A stretch of DNA of 64,000 bases from Eledone cirrhosa (lineage: Eukaryota), in contig OZ024740.1 in assembly GCA_964016885.1 (NCBI GenBank), positions 396,366,001 through 396,430,000 of the forward strand, given 5' to 3'. Under the pieces are notes generated by a model that saw only the letters and a program-made list of their open reading frames with translations, had not been told where the DNA came from and did not search any database. Position numbers and translations under genes: made by a program. Positions 45,401 to 52,779 of this stretch are shown here, piece by piece. The stretch's first letter is position 1, and each line of letters opens with the position of its first letter.

Positions 45401-48116
45401 ATAAGCAGGCATTAGCTATTTTGACAAGTGTATAAGCAGCTGAAATGGTGTTCCTCCAAAGGGTATTTAGAGTAACGTTACTCAATCGAGCGTGTAGCCT
45501 GGAGATAAGAGTCACTCCAGGTAGAGCCGCTACTTCAAATTGAGAGATTTGATACTATGGGCATGTAGTTAGAATGCCACAGGAAAGAATTGCTGGACAG
45601 ATTTTACAGGCAAAACCAACTGGATGGAGACCGAGGAGTAGACCCTGAGCAAGATGGATGGATAGGAGCTTGGCTGGTCTTTGTTTGGGGATCCAGCTGA
45701 ATCAGTTGGAGATGGTTGCTTCTGACAGGACCTGCTGGAAAGAGTGTTTGAGAACTCTACCCCCACAACCCTCACAGGAATAAGTGGACGAAGAAAAAAG
45801 AAGTATGTAGATAATTGTACTAGTGAAATAAATGATTTCCAGAAAAGGATTACAGGAAAGTAGATCATGTTAGAAATTAGAGACCACGTATGAAACTAAA
45901 TAACATTACATTGGTAATAGTGAAAAATGAGAAAGAATACAACTGACCTGATATTTAAAAGACCCTTGGGTTGTGTGAATATATAATGTATTTTCAACTG
46001 GGCCAACCTGACGTGCTAGAAATACAACATCGAATGTTGTGTTCCCTCCAGGAGGAACCATCTAAAAAAGAAAGTTTATTCCAAGCTTGATTGAAACGAA
46101 GGATGTTCATTAATTTAGCCAAAGTTTTATTTGGTAAAAAAAAAAAAAGTTATGTTAGTGATAACACCCTAAAATGACTGTAAAAGTAGCTTTAAAAGAC
46201 CTAACTTAAAAGTGAAGGCACAGTAATTATAGATGGTAACAGTAGAATTAATGGTTTAGCACATTTAGATATTTACATGTTCTTTTTTTTTTACCATTTT
46301 AATCAGAGAAATAAGGGCATCTGAGACTGGTATGAGAAAGGCAGTATGTTATCCACAAGCTGAAGACCTGGTTTGAGTGTTTGCAACAGAGTAAACTCAA
46401 TTAAAGGTATACAAGTTTATCAGGTGGGGATATTAAACCAGAAGACAGATTAAATCTACCAACTCAGAACACAAAGAGCTGGAAAAATTCCTGCAAGGCA
46501 TCATGTCCAACACTAATGATTCTGTAAAAGCCACCACCTTGAATTATTATTTTATTTTATTAACCTCAAAGCAATGAAAGGCAAAGTTGACATCTGAAGG
46601 ATTTGAAAAGAGCCAGAATAAATGCATCAAGGAATTTTATCCTATACTTTAACAACTCTAGTAATTACTTTTAAAGTCAAATGTCAAGCTGCTACCAGTA
46701 TTAATTGCCACTAAACCATATAGTAAGAATGGCATAGAAAGAATGGCACCATTTTCTCAGTTGGATAGCATGAAGAAAGTATAGTTGCATTTTGTCTCAT
46801 TGCACAACACAATGTAGCTTTATTTACATTCAGGACCAAGACTTCACAGCCAAATTTTCATATAAAAACAAAAAATAAAAGCAATTTCATATGAAAAATA
46901 AGAAAATATAAATATCTTACTTTATCTTGAAAAAATGAACAGTGAAAATGTGCTGTACTGCCCGATATGGACAACAGGTGTAAACTGGTTTTTGTATCAG
47001 CATTATGTACAGAGACCTGTTGTAGATGAGGCATACCCACAGGGCTATAAAACAGATAAAGCATTTGATTTTAATTTTAGTCATCTATGTAGCAAAAACG
47101 AAAAACTGAATGGCAACACACTATGATACCTAGTTTGAAGCAAAAGGTTAAGGAGGTTATGTTTTGTTTGGCAAAATGTAAGAACAGTTGGATAGAAGAT
47201 TGTAGATAGGTATGGTTGTGTATATTATAGGGAGATATGAATAGAGATGAGAGTTGATATTTTGAATAATGTTGGAGTGGAATTTATAAGTTAGGAAGAG
47301 CAGGTGATATTGTAGTAACAAAAGAAACACATACGTTACAGTATTGGGTCAATTACTGAAAATTGTTAAAGAAACAAAGAATAGATTATGAGTGATTGAA
47401 AATCATGTATTATCCAGATATTCAAATACTACCCTTTACTAAATTATGGGCTGCCTATATTAAATAGAAACTACAATCATTTTTGTCTCCATATAATTTA
47501 ACTGAAATAAAGTTACACATTTTTTCTTGTAACTAATCTTTAGGTTATTAAAAAAACACTATTTATATTTCTAAGACCAAATAATCTTGATTTCTGTCTT
47601 TAATGAGTCATCACCAGGTAAGTAAACTGCAACAGTTATGATTGTGATAAATTACAACACATGATGAATGAATTGAGAGTTATCAACCCATCTGGTCTCG
47701 CTGTCTCATGAATTTCTCACCACTATACATATCTATTTTGCTACTATGACCCTTTCTCCTAGGCCATCTAAATAAAATCTCAATCTTCCTTTTCTTTATA
47801 ATTTCCACACATCTTCAAATATATAACTTTATTGGAAACATCACAGCTAATCTATTGCTTTTGGACTATTTTGTAAGACATGAAATACACACTACATCAT
47901 ATTTAGTTTTAAATTTCCAAATACTCACTGTTCACCAAAATCTAACATTGTTGGATCAAGTCGAACCCCATTTGGTAAAATATTTTCTTCATGAAAGCTG
48001 GAAAAAAAAAGTAAATATAACTAATGTGAAGACTGCTATAACACTAAAACAACAATTGTAAGAAGCAACATATTCTAAACTTACTTTAATTCTGAATAAC
48101 TTTCACCTGGTTTTAT
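8537..48116 (-). CDS. TMEM131: Transmembrane protein 131 (TMEM131/RW1-like), spliced CDS, partial (35 exons traced, 1752 codons; first and last exons not located in window)
   Basis: 35 exons with GT-AG sites join in continuous phase. Recognisable TMEM131 peptides: PVGMP..LLSISGSTAHFHCSFFQ, PPGGNTTFDVVFLAR, VFGVGIPNPYRLRP, GDLHLELPTG, EIPPYETK, PGIYS..MIDFG, FPLTQIGN, RNNLT, CEGYGFKVLDC, FTPDFT.SR, then a TM segment (GLYYAFICIIVVLTLCVFITAYLEA) and a Ser/Lys-rich tail. Confidence 0.93.
8898..8981 (-). CDS. TMEM131: TMEM131 exon (NFYNYNPFQSAMTTSCTQAEPDYKVKN)
   Basis: AG/GTAAG sites, phase 1->1. Confidence 0.78.
9430..10080 (-). pseudogene. Fragment of a second RTE-type (Rex3/Expander-like) LINE family
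   Basis: GMKISAAKT..LEQVEKFKYLGAIFTSDG..ARIAGA; related pieces at 20390-20820(-), 20830-21050(+), 45450-45800(+), 62750-63715(+). Confidence 0.75.
10599..10732 (-). CDS. TMEM131: TMEM131 exon (YSLPSIRENQISS...SMSPSA)
   Basis: AG/GTAGG sites, open in phase 2->1 as required by both neighbours. Confidence 0.78.
12124..12196 (-). CDS. TMEM131: TMEM131 exon (AFTTRCSQPSDYTTSPTSSSIYN)
   Basis: AG/GTATG sites, phase 1->2. Confidence 0.78.
12605..12983 (+). mobile_element. RTE LINE 3' fragment with short 3' UTR
   Basis: RNEASMLRWMC, RRLQWYGHVM, KTW; tail ..GCGGATGTAAAATGATGATG. Confidence 0.85.
13404..13598. mobile_element. piggyBac-type MITE
   Basis: CCCTTTAGCATT..GAAAGGG|TTAA termini; same family as 25086-25280 and 31761-31942. 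Confidence 0.8.
13620..13976 (-). CDS. TMEM131: TMEM131 Ser-rich exon (DLSDLASQTENFAL...SRSSSYSSVV...DHGLS)
   Basis: AG acceptor, GTATT donor, phase 1->1; overlaps ORF 13525..13962. Confidence 0.82.
14107..14193 (-). CDS. TMEM131: TMEM131 exon (DNASSRSEND...DPWDTPARVAPI)
   Basis: AG/GTAAG sites, phase 1->1. Confidence 0.85.
14391..14533 (-). CDS. TMEM131: TMEM131 exon (TLALPYNLEP...GYTTSSE)
   Basis: AG/GTATG sites, phase 2->1. Confidence 0.85.
15057..15271 (-). CDS. TMEM131: TMEM131 exon (NCSREASNN...YGGNIWKP)
   Basis: AG/GTAAG sites, phase 0->2, open frame. Confidence 0.85.
15722..15885 (-). CDS. TMEM131: TMEM131 exon (QTSKNGKNRKKK...DETSSTTTESS...EEK)
   Basis: AG/GT sites, phase 1->0; DETSSTTTE motif of the TMEM131 tail. 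Confidence 0.88.
16776..17701 (-). CDS. TMEM131: TMEM131 large exon with transmembrane helix (FTPDFTMSR...CAAALPRPSWE-TM...)
   Basis: 926-nt exon, AG/GTAAA sites, phase 2->1; corresponds to ORF 16762..17682. Confidence 0.95.
17788..17983 (-). CDS. TMEM131: TMEM131 exon (PHFTVKRMFTMRNTGELP...CEGYGFKVLDC...IDI)
   Basis: AG/GTAAG sites, phase 1->2. Confidence 0.95.
19018..19157 (-). CDS. TMEM131: TMEM131 exon (NNLTIIDSLVVQGQG...HLKNCD)
   Basis: AG/GTAAG sites, phase 2->1; conserved IRNNLT motif across the junction. Confidence 0.94.
20075..20241 (-). CDS. TMEM131: TMEM131 exon (PNSQLHRYR...VGFRP...SLIII)
   Basis: AG/GTTTG sites, phase 0->2. Confidence 0.9.
20390..21050. pseudogene. Two fragments of the second RTE-type family in opposite orientation
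   Basis: 3' part on - strand (20390-20820); YRGISLL..EQCGF..DLIFTLRQV on + strand (20830-21050). Confidence 0.65.
21133..21217 (-). CDS. TMEM131: TMEM131 exon (LASDLSDYIETDDRDIFILPDLEHSYST)
   Basis: AG/GTTTG sites, phase 2->0 links both neighbours. Confidence 0.8.
21836..22600 (+). mobile_element. CR1-group LINE 3' fragment with (ATT)n tail
   Basis: ERDLGI, LYTAMVRPHL, RRLAMDL, TRGHAYK, FFTLRVAEAWNKL; same 3' UTR recurs at 18050-18170 and 24290-24490. Confidence 0.85.
22614..22805 (+). mobile_element. tRNA-like SINE with Nin/Deu-type domain
   Basis: GAGTTCAAATCC B box, then GCCTTTCATCCT..GGGGTCGATAAA..AGTACCAG; relics at 3755-3853(-), 18430-18560, 25620-25750(-), 46400-46650(-). Confidence 0.75.
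24529..24638 (-). CDS. TMEM131: TMEM131 exon (LSDFIVENPGDVPVLIQ...YPNP...)
   Basis: AG/GTAAG sites, phase 0->2. Confidence 0.92.
25086..25280. mobile_element. piggyBac-type MITE
   Basis: CCCTTTAACATT..AATGCTAAAGGG termini; internal similarity to 13404-13598. Confidence 0.8.
25833..25968 (-). CDS. TMEM131: TMEM131 exon (ANVTIELDT...LYWP...FPLTQIGNVS)
   Basis: AG/GTAAG sites, phase 2->0. Confidence 0.92.
26060..26177 (-). CDS. TMEM131: TMEM131 exon (GHQWLLGLEL...QKWDRVARVDQS)
   Basis: AG/GTCAG sites, phase 1->2. Confidence 0.88.
27531..27606 (-). CDS. TMEM131: TMEM131 exon (IGRIYFDAKRGCDEECYVGLPTHTQ)
   Basis: AG/GT sites, phase 0->1; C..CYVGLP motif. Confidence 0.92.
28068..28220 (-). CDS. 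TMEM131: TMEM131 exon (GKIPYKVLQIHSTF...DSRFYY...YNR)
   Basis: AG/GTATG sites, phase 0->0. Confidence 0.9.
28838..28924 (-). CDS. TMEM131: TMEM131 exon (TLFIPVSLRTAKGSL...DRVYP)
   Basis: AG/GTAAG sites, phase 0->0. Confidence 0.9.
29237..29341 (-). CDS. TMEM131: TMEM131 exon (LILKPYHIAVFSV...IVTQFQ)
   Basis: AG/GTATG sites, phase 0->0. Confidence 0.9.
30780..30902 (-). CDS. TMEM131: TMEM131 exon (IVIAEFSSS...GIEKGNGT...DTDP)
   Basis: AG/GTGAG sites, phase 0->0. Confidence 0.9.
31228..31338 (-). CDS. TMEM131: TMEM131 exon (IIHHRPEKSKGQLDFGTTG...NNNPVN)
   Basis: AG/GTAAG sites, phase 0->0. Confidence 0.92.
31389..32378 (+). mobile_element. Non-autonomous Helitron relic with Pif1-like helicase C-terminal remnant
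   Basis: LPFKFSRLQF.VRASFAMTIHKAQAQ..FTHGQ (32050-32250); 3' CCTGGGCAAAGCTGAG..CTAG|T end; 5' boundary (TC..ATAAAAG) approximate. Confidence 0.75.
31761..31942. mobile_element. piggyBac-type MITE nested in the Helitron relic
   Basis: Perfect TIR CCCTTTAGCA/TGCTAAAGGG with TTAA on both sides. Confidence 0.85.
32437..32607 (-). CDS. TMEM131: TMEM131 exon (IRNFSKPVII...TNASSFSIPIIVYSGLLK)
   Basis: AG/GTAAG sites, phase 0->0. Confidence 0.92.
33546..33696 (-). CDS. TMEM131: TMEM131 exon (SLVYNANSTHFY...FTNTFNFSIVIYNVSLP...)
   Basis: AG/GTGAG sites, phase 2->0. Confidence 0.92.
33794..33899 (-). CDS. TMEM131: TMEM131 exon (TKALNPRQWSGKIVVKS...IPYQVNVLH)
   Basis: AG/GTATG sites, phase 1->2. Confidence 0.92.
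34744..34852 (-). CDS. TMEM131: TMEM131 exon (GVSLSPPNDAISVEFRP...AQITFR)
   Basis: AG/GT sites, phase 0->1. Confidence 0.9.
35601..38855 (-). CDS. RTE LINE ORF2: AP endonuclease + reverse transcriptase with an internal PHD-type finger, 1084 aa
   Basis: APE motifs (GTINVGTL, CIQETRW, AYAPQ, GDLNGH, QVDYIL, SQHRL); RT motifs (KGKGD..NYRGI, QFGF, FVDLEKAFD, GVHQGSVLSP, LLYADD, FRYLG); RTE C-terminus RLRWYGHVMR..GRPRKTW; no stops. Confidence 0.96.
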   Translation of the reverse strand: MDGWTDCGILESGRERKIWTLRAKMPMLKSNSPRGRECEHSSLFRPRMANITPSPPAPHHPHPPNAIQNFRVGTINVGTLKGRANEVVEMLERKEVDVCCIQETRWRGGSARFIEGKKRCYKLFWVGNDDGLGGVGIMVAEKWADKIIDVNRVNDRIIKIRLVLNRTTVTVISAYAPQSGLPGTIKDRFYETLMLTTSQISDSDYIIIAGDLNGHVGQHCDGYDEIHGGYGFGTRNEEGSRILEFCDANNLTICNTNFKKRDNHLITYRSGEHTSQVDYILIRRRDRVSVVNTKSLPHEECTSQHRLIISDLIVRTRRTRQQKRTILRRKIWKLKDPTAKNKFQNILLDAFDSKEEHLESDNIEGQWEFLKANLLLATDEVCGWSRPVGRRRVTWWWNSKVEGSIKAKKQAWKVWRDGGSRVDYQVARREARREVYLARREAEERKFKHVLQRDDQKREVFRIARQCVKENRDIVGEKCVLNDDGILAITDTDKKVAWKCHYERLLNEENKWEKDSLPHVDPIEGPAVLVEGSIISKAIKDMKTGKAAGPSEIVAEMLKASGTVGHTMVTRIVNQVVQNGVVPKDWHSSIIVNCYKGKGDALDRSNYRGIKLIDQVMKVTEKVIAQLIRERIDLDEMQFGFVSGKSTTDALFIVRQLQEKYLAKGKPLYLAFVDLEKAFDRVPRSIIWWALRKLGVDEWLVRAIQAMYKETVSKVRINNEYSEEFSVKVGVHQGSVLSPLLFIIALQAITEEFKTGCPWELLYADDLTLIAESMAELEKKFQTWKHGLESKGLKINLAKTKVLVCRKENKAAVPSGKWSCSVCRKGVGRNSILCPKCKVWVHKRCSGITGKLTKNIDFTCGRCSGAISSSKCPQNTSSFNCAEGSIEIVDSFRYLGDKISSGGGCSESTVARVRTGWKKFRELIPLLAAKGFSLKMKGRLYDACIRTAMLHGSETWALCAEDIRRLERNEACMLRWMCNSNIRERQSINELRKKLEIRGIRCCLLERRLRWYGHVMRMKVDSCITKCRAIKIDGSHGIGRPRKTWDELINSDLTHLHLSKTMSLDRDLWRYSVTEKTRLASRHL
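38897..39050 (-). repeat. Three imperfect tandem units in the RTE 5' UTR (two carry CCAAT)
   Basis: Repeated CTCTGGCTTAT(GATTGGTCCrCGTA)..ATGGTG..GTGTGGGGG units. Confidence 0.8.
39891..40945 (-). mobile_element. piggyBac-family deletion derivative with transposase N-terminal remnant
   Basis: TTAA at 39887-39890 and 40946-40949; termini CCCTTTAGCATTC / CCCTCTAGTGTTC; subterminal direct repeats CGGCCGGTTTCGGGyGGTTTGAACAC; frameshifted peptide with acidic N-terminus, GP..ALDYFFLF, MFGI..P..NYWS..IM..YLHLVD. Confidence 0.85.
41124..41242 (-). CDS. TMEM131: TMEM131 exon (PGIYSPVEMIDFGILRT...PVHVT)
   Basis: AG/GTGAG sites, phase 1->0. Confidence 0.95.
42214..42364 (-). CDS. TMEM131: TMEM131 exon (EIPPYETKPVMRANF...LPVEVEVTS)
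   Basis: AG/GTAGG sites, phase 0->1. Confidence 0.95.
42470..42696 (+). mobile_element. 5'-truncated tRNA-CORE-RTE SINE
   Basis: Matches the body and tail of 6212-6544; older tail-bearing relics at about 7480-7720, 9053-9180, 16258-16505, 22940-23285, 44150-44490, 52150-52460, 59200-59380, 62150-62480. Confidence 0.8.
43085..43680 (+). pseudogene. Highly degraded RTE fragment
   Basis: Remnants of the PHD region, RLYDAC and the tail. Confidence 0.5.
43868..43948 (-). CDS. TMEM131: TMEM131 exon (VVGMFSSAGDLHLELPTGDREAITTLW)
   Basis: AG/GTAAG sites, phase 0->0. Confidence 0.95.
45152..45274 (-). CDS. TMEM131: TMEM131 exon (VFGVGIPNPYRLRPYLGAKVP...STLQ)
   Basis: AG/GTAAC sites, phase 0->0. 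Confidence 0.95.
45450..45800 (+). pseudogene. 3' fragment of the second RTE-type family
   Basis: Similar to 63420-63715; (GAA)-type tail. Confidence 0.65.
45948..46061 (-). CDS. TMEM131: TMEM131 exon (MVPPGGNTTFDVVFLAR...FKYQ)
   Basis: AG/GTCAG sites, phase 0->0. Confidence 0.95.
46921..47044 (-). CDS. TMEM131: TMEM131 exon (PVGMPHLQQVSVHN...HFHCSFFQDK)
   Basis: AG/GTAAG sites, phase 2->0, strong family similarity. Confidence 0.95.
47929..47997 (-). CDS. TMEM131: TMEM131 exon (FHEENILPNGVRLDPTMLDFGE)
   Basis: AG/GTGAG sites, phase 2->2; P.MLDF.E motif of the TMEM131 N-terminal domain. Confidence 0.9.
48085..48116 (-). CDS. TMEM131: TMEM131 exon (IKPGESYSEL)
   Basis: cag acceptor, GTAAGT donor, phase 0->2 matches the next exon. 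Confidence 0.65.
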
Positions 48117-48751
48117 CTGAAATAGAAAGGAAAATTGAAATTATAAAAGTTCTTTGATCATCAAGTGATGAACAATATATAGTGCTAACAGAAAGATATA
48201 GAGTAAACATGTTCCAAATAGCATCTTACCAAAGTAATTTAATTTATTTTTCAGTTTGTATTATTGTGTAAAAATCATCCTTATTACAATTATGAAGATG
48301 TATTGGAGTACAAGAGAAAGGTTTCATGTTTACCACACTAGTAAATAAGAAATGTTCAGATCTGAATTGGAGTGAAATTTTCCAACAACTATCAGAAAAG
48401 TGCTTCAGATTTGGCACCATCATCAGCTACTTAACTCCAATCTTGACTTATCTAAAGTCTTATGTCCACTTCCTCTCCAGATAATCCTCATCCTTGCTCT
48501 TGACCTCAGCTGAACAGAAAACATTTCCTACTTTTATTTCATATATTTCAAGTCTAAGAAAAATTCACTCACATTCACTTGGATATGAGCAACAGACTAT
48601 CAGTTATTATTGAAAATTGAACTTCTTTAAGATGATATGTTGCTTTTACTTACTGAATTCAACCAGTCACCAGATGTTCAGCCATCTCCTTTTATACCTC
48701 AAGTTTCCCTCTTATTAAATCCTTCTCACTTTCAATTTTGCCAAGCTATAT

Positions 48752-48782
<31 letters not shown>

Positions 48783-49084
48783 CAGCTCATCCAAAAGCAG
48801 GGACATTTGAATGTCATCCTAAATAACTTTCACAATTTTTGTCTGGCTCACTCAATGGCTGCCAGAACTCAATCTCTTCCTTACTTTCAAATGTAGCTTC
48901 TTAGATAATACCAAATTAGCTGAACCCATCATTACTATCTAAATTCATCATTGCTATATTATGATGATTCAAGCCTGTTAAGTATTTGAAATTCTAATTC
49001 TATGTTCACTATCAAATGAGACTACTGATTCTAATATTCTTTCTGCTATTAACATGAAAAGAGAGCAGATAAGTTAGATACACA

Positions 49085-50095
49085 TGACAGAGGACAATTG
49101 GAAGTTCTTAAATGACAACCAACTATAGACTACTGATGAGACTTGTGGTTGGAGCAATGTGCTAGCTAGACAGACAATGACATTGTGGTTGCAAAAGCAA
49201 AGTAGATAGGGCTATTAAAGAGAAGAGACAGGCATGGAAAAAGTGGAAAAAATGGGAGTAACGTACCAATACCAAGTAGCTAAGAGAGAAATTAGATGAC
49301 AAATTGACATGCAAAGAGGCTGAAAGGTTTGTTCATGTCTTGTGACATGAGAGTCAGAGACATGTGGTGTTCCACATTGCTAGACAGTGTGTCAGTGAGT
49401 AACAGGATGTTTCGAAAAGTGCTGACTAGAGAAAGAGTCAAATTAGATGAGATGCCCTCTTCCTAGCGAGATAAGTACAAGTTCCTAGCTAAGAATAAGC
49501 CCCTATATTTGGTTTGTGTTTATCTAAAGAAAGCCTTTGACAGAGTACCACAATCTGGTATCTGGTAGTCCTTAAAGAAATTAGATGTAGAAGAATGGCT
49601 TGTGAGAGTAGGAAGTAAGGAATTCAAATGACAGGTAGGAGTGCATCAGGGCTCAGTCCTCAGCCCACTATTGTTTTTTATAGTTCTCCAGAAGCTCCCA
49701 AGTTTTATGCCTGTGCGAAATGTGATGTTGCATGGGAATGAAACTTGGGTAGTGAATGCGAAGGATATGCAAAGGCTGGAGGGAAACAAAGCAAGCATGC
49801 TTCGATGGATGTGCAATGTTAATGTGTGAATGACAAAGCATGGATGAACTGAGATAAAAACTGGGTATAGGAGGAATCAAAAGTAATGTGCAAGAGAGAA
49901 GACTGCAATGGTTTGGACATGTGATGCATATGGATGATGATCATTGGGTGAAAAAGTACCAGGAAATCCCAGTGGACGGACGCAGTAGTGGAAGAAGACC
50001 AAGGAAAACCTAGGCAGAGGCATGTAAGAGCTAATCTCAAAACGCTAATGCTCAGAGAAGATGAAGAAGGAATGCAACAAGAGGAGAGATGACAT
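49085..50095 (+). pseudogene. Degraded, internally deleted RTE LINE
   Basis: TDETCGWS, KAFDRV, HQGSVLSP, MLRWMCNV remnants. Confidence 0.8.
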
Positions 50096-50589
50096 CAGAA
50101 TCTTCTGACAATAATTTGAATGATTTCAGCTCTCCTTAATCACCATTTTGGTAGTAAATTCAGAAGTTAGCTGACTTGCTTCTCAACATTAACATACAGA
50201 CACCACCAACCTTACACATTCTTCAGCTAATGATACCTCCCAGCATCTTAGACCTCTATCTTACCAAAAGCCTCATTCAATGAACAAAGAACTTGTAAAT
50301 ATTTTTACAAAGCTGATTTAACACAATATACACTAGAACCAAAACTAACTAAAGCATTTTTTACAATATACCTCACATATTTTCATTAAGAATGCATATT
50401 TAAAACAACCTAGTAATCCGATAATTCATCCCAACACTGAGCTTCAACATTTTGCATGGTGCATGAACCAGCCATTAAATTGATAAACTTTCACCCATCA
50501 CTGATCCTACAATTACTGAGATACCAGTTTTAGCCTACTCAATTCCACTTACAAAGCTTCGATTGACCTAAAACTATGGTAGAAAACAC

Positions 50590-51120
50590 TAAGCAGTGGA
50601 ACAAACCGGATCATCTCGCTGATACCCGTACTGCTTCAGCTGGCCCACTTCACCAGTTGGTAGAGCTTGCGCGAGTCACCACAGGCTGCTGCCATCTCCG
50701 TCTGCTCCGCAAACTCGCGCCAGTGTGCATTCCGATCGGCCCGAATAGCCCAAGATGTGCGACGTCGGAGATCTCGAAGATTGGGTGCACTCTCGAGTCG
50801 GGCCACTCTCGCCCTCTCCACGAGTTCAAGAGTTCAAGAGTGCCGCCGGAAATCCAGTCCCGATGGCGTCTTTGGGTCGACCCGAGATTCTCCCTGGCCA
50901 CTTCAACCGTCACCGCCCTGAGCGCGTTCCACTCCTGCTCCAGTTGCTGTTCCACTTCGCTACTCAGCATTTGGAATCGGCTTCGCAGCTCTAGCTGGAA
51001 AGCATTTCCAGCATCGAGCTTGAGTCGTGAGATGTCGATCCTTTTCTGGCAGTTGGGAGGAGGTTTCACCCGCAGACAAAGGGTTGCTCGAACAAGAGTA
51101 TGGTCTGACCCATGCTCACT
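50590..51120 (-). pseudogene. GC-rich fragment of a third RTE-like LINE (EN-RT linker)
   Basis: FQLELRSRFQML..W..A.E.LG..RHRDWIS..TL and RADRNAHW..AEQTEMAAACGDSRKLYQL motifs, frameshifted. Confidence 0.7.
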
Positions 51121-51398
51121 GTCTGTATCATTACTAACAATGACATTGTTTTAAACATTGTAACATATATAACCTGTTTCTATTGCTCAGCTTATGAGCT
51201 TTAATTCTCCAGGCTTACTTGTCTGCCTAGTTAATACTTTCAAAAATTATGTCTTAGCTTTGCAAACTTGTGTATTTATGGAGAATACTATGCTGTTGGA
51301 GGAAAAAAACCCAGATACTATAGACTTCATCTTCATCACTAATCTGTGATCAGTCATTTTTGTGTGTATAGAGAAGAGATTGTATTTTAAAATACAAT

Positions 51399-51589
51399 TA
51401 CCATATATACTCGAATATAAGCTGACTTCTATATAATGCCTGAAAAATGGGCAAAAATCCAAACTATATTTACATAGAATTTGAATCAAGTGAAAATCAT
51501 TAAAATATTGACCCCGAATATAAGACTACCTTCTACAATTGATTTTTTTGGTCACATATTCATTGGCTTATATTCAAATAAATAGGGTA
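51399..51589. mobile_element. pogo/Tigger-like (Tc1/mariner) MITE
   Basis: Imperfect TIRs TACCATATATACTCGAATATAAGC / GCTTATATTCAAATAAATAGGGTA with TA ends. Confidence 0.65.
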
Positions 51590-51951
51590 GTTTTGCTAAT
51601 GTTTCTCAATAATAAAGTCTCAGATTTGGTAATGTGTGATAATATCACAAACATTTTGTAACTAAAAAATAACCATTTTCACTAAGGAAATCAACATTAA
51701 TTTCACTAAGCTTTGCTTCTGCATCAGGAAGTTACAGTTAGTTAAGGGAATAAGTTGTTGGCCAACAGGCTAAAGAGTAGAAAATCAGGGCCCATTCCCT
51801 TTATGCAGTATATATTAAATCATTTATCTCTTTCTGGAGATAAGTACCATGTGTAGGTACAATTTTCCAGTGGAACAATATTGTGATATATTTTTATTTT
51901 TTTAGTTTATGGTAAGTTCAAATCTTACAATTATAATAATTTAGTCATAAC

Positions 51952-52007
51952 CATCCAAGTTGATGACACTTGAGAAGAAACATAGTTGGAGTGGTCTCCT
52001 ATATTTA
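51952..52007 (-). CDS. TMEM131: Possible upstream TMEM131 exon (NIGDHSNYVSSQVSSTWM)
   Basis: Good acceptor ttttatttccag and donor GTTATG; phase-0 end fits the next exon; no recognisable homology. Confidence 0.3.
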
Positions 52008-52779
52008 CTGGAAATAAAAAAAAATATTAACTAACTAATATTCTTTACTTATTGCATGTTTTATTCTGAATATTTTAAATGCACCATGATTTGCCTTAAA
52101 TACACAAAAATTTAGTTTCCAAGTATTCTCCACCATAACAATAGTATGGACCACCCCACCCACTCTCATGAGGACAGGCTGAAGCATACATCCAGTGAAG
52201 CCTCCAGCCCACACAGTAAAGTGGTTGTGATGGCGACATGGCAAAAAGTGACCAGTCCACACAGTAAAGTGGTAATTAGGCGTCACAACAAAAAGCCCCC
52301 AGTACTCTCTGTAAATGATGTTGGCACTAGGAAGGGCATCCAGCAGTAGAAACCAAGCCAAAATCAGTTCTGTACAAGCAAGACATGGTCACCTGAGCTG
52401 GCATTGCTCACAACAGAATAACTCATCTAACCCATGCCAGCATGGAAAAATGGAGATGATGCTATCTAGCTTGAGAATGATTGTTCTGTGTGTATGTGAG
52501 GATAACACTAGTGTTGGTTCAAAATCAATTTGTTATAGTTTTGTCCTTATGACATATATATATATTTTAACATTAATATATTGGATTTCTTTCTAGGATT
52601 ATGGTATTTTTCTTGTAATTATTATTTTACAGTTGCTTTCCATGCTGATAAGAGTTTCTAATACAAATTAGATTAAATTCTATGGTATATGTAAGAAGAG
52701 TCAACACAAGAAGAATGATTTTTCAGAGAAAATCATCAATCTAAATACTATACAATGGAATAACCCATGCAGCAAATAT

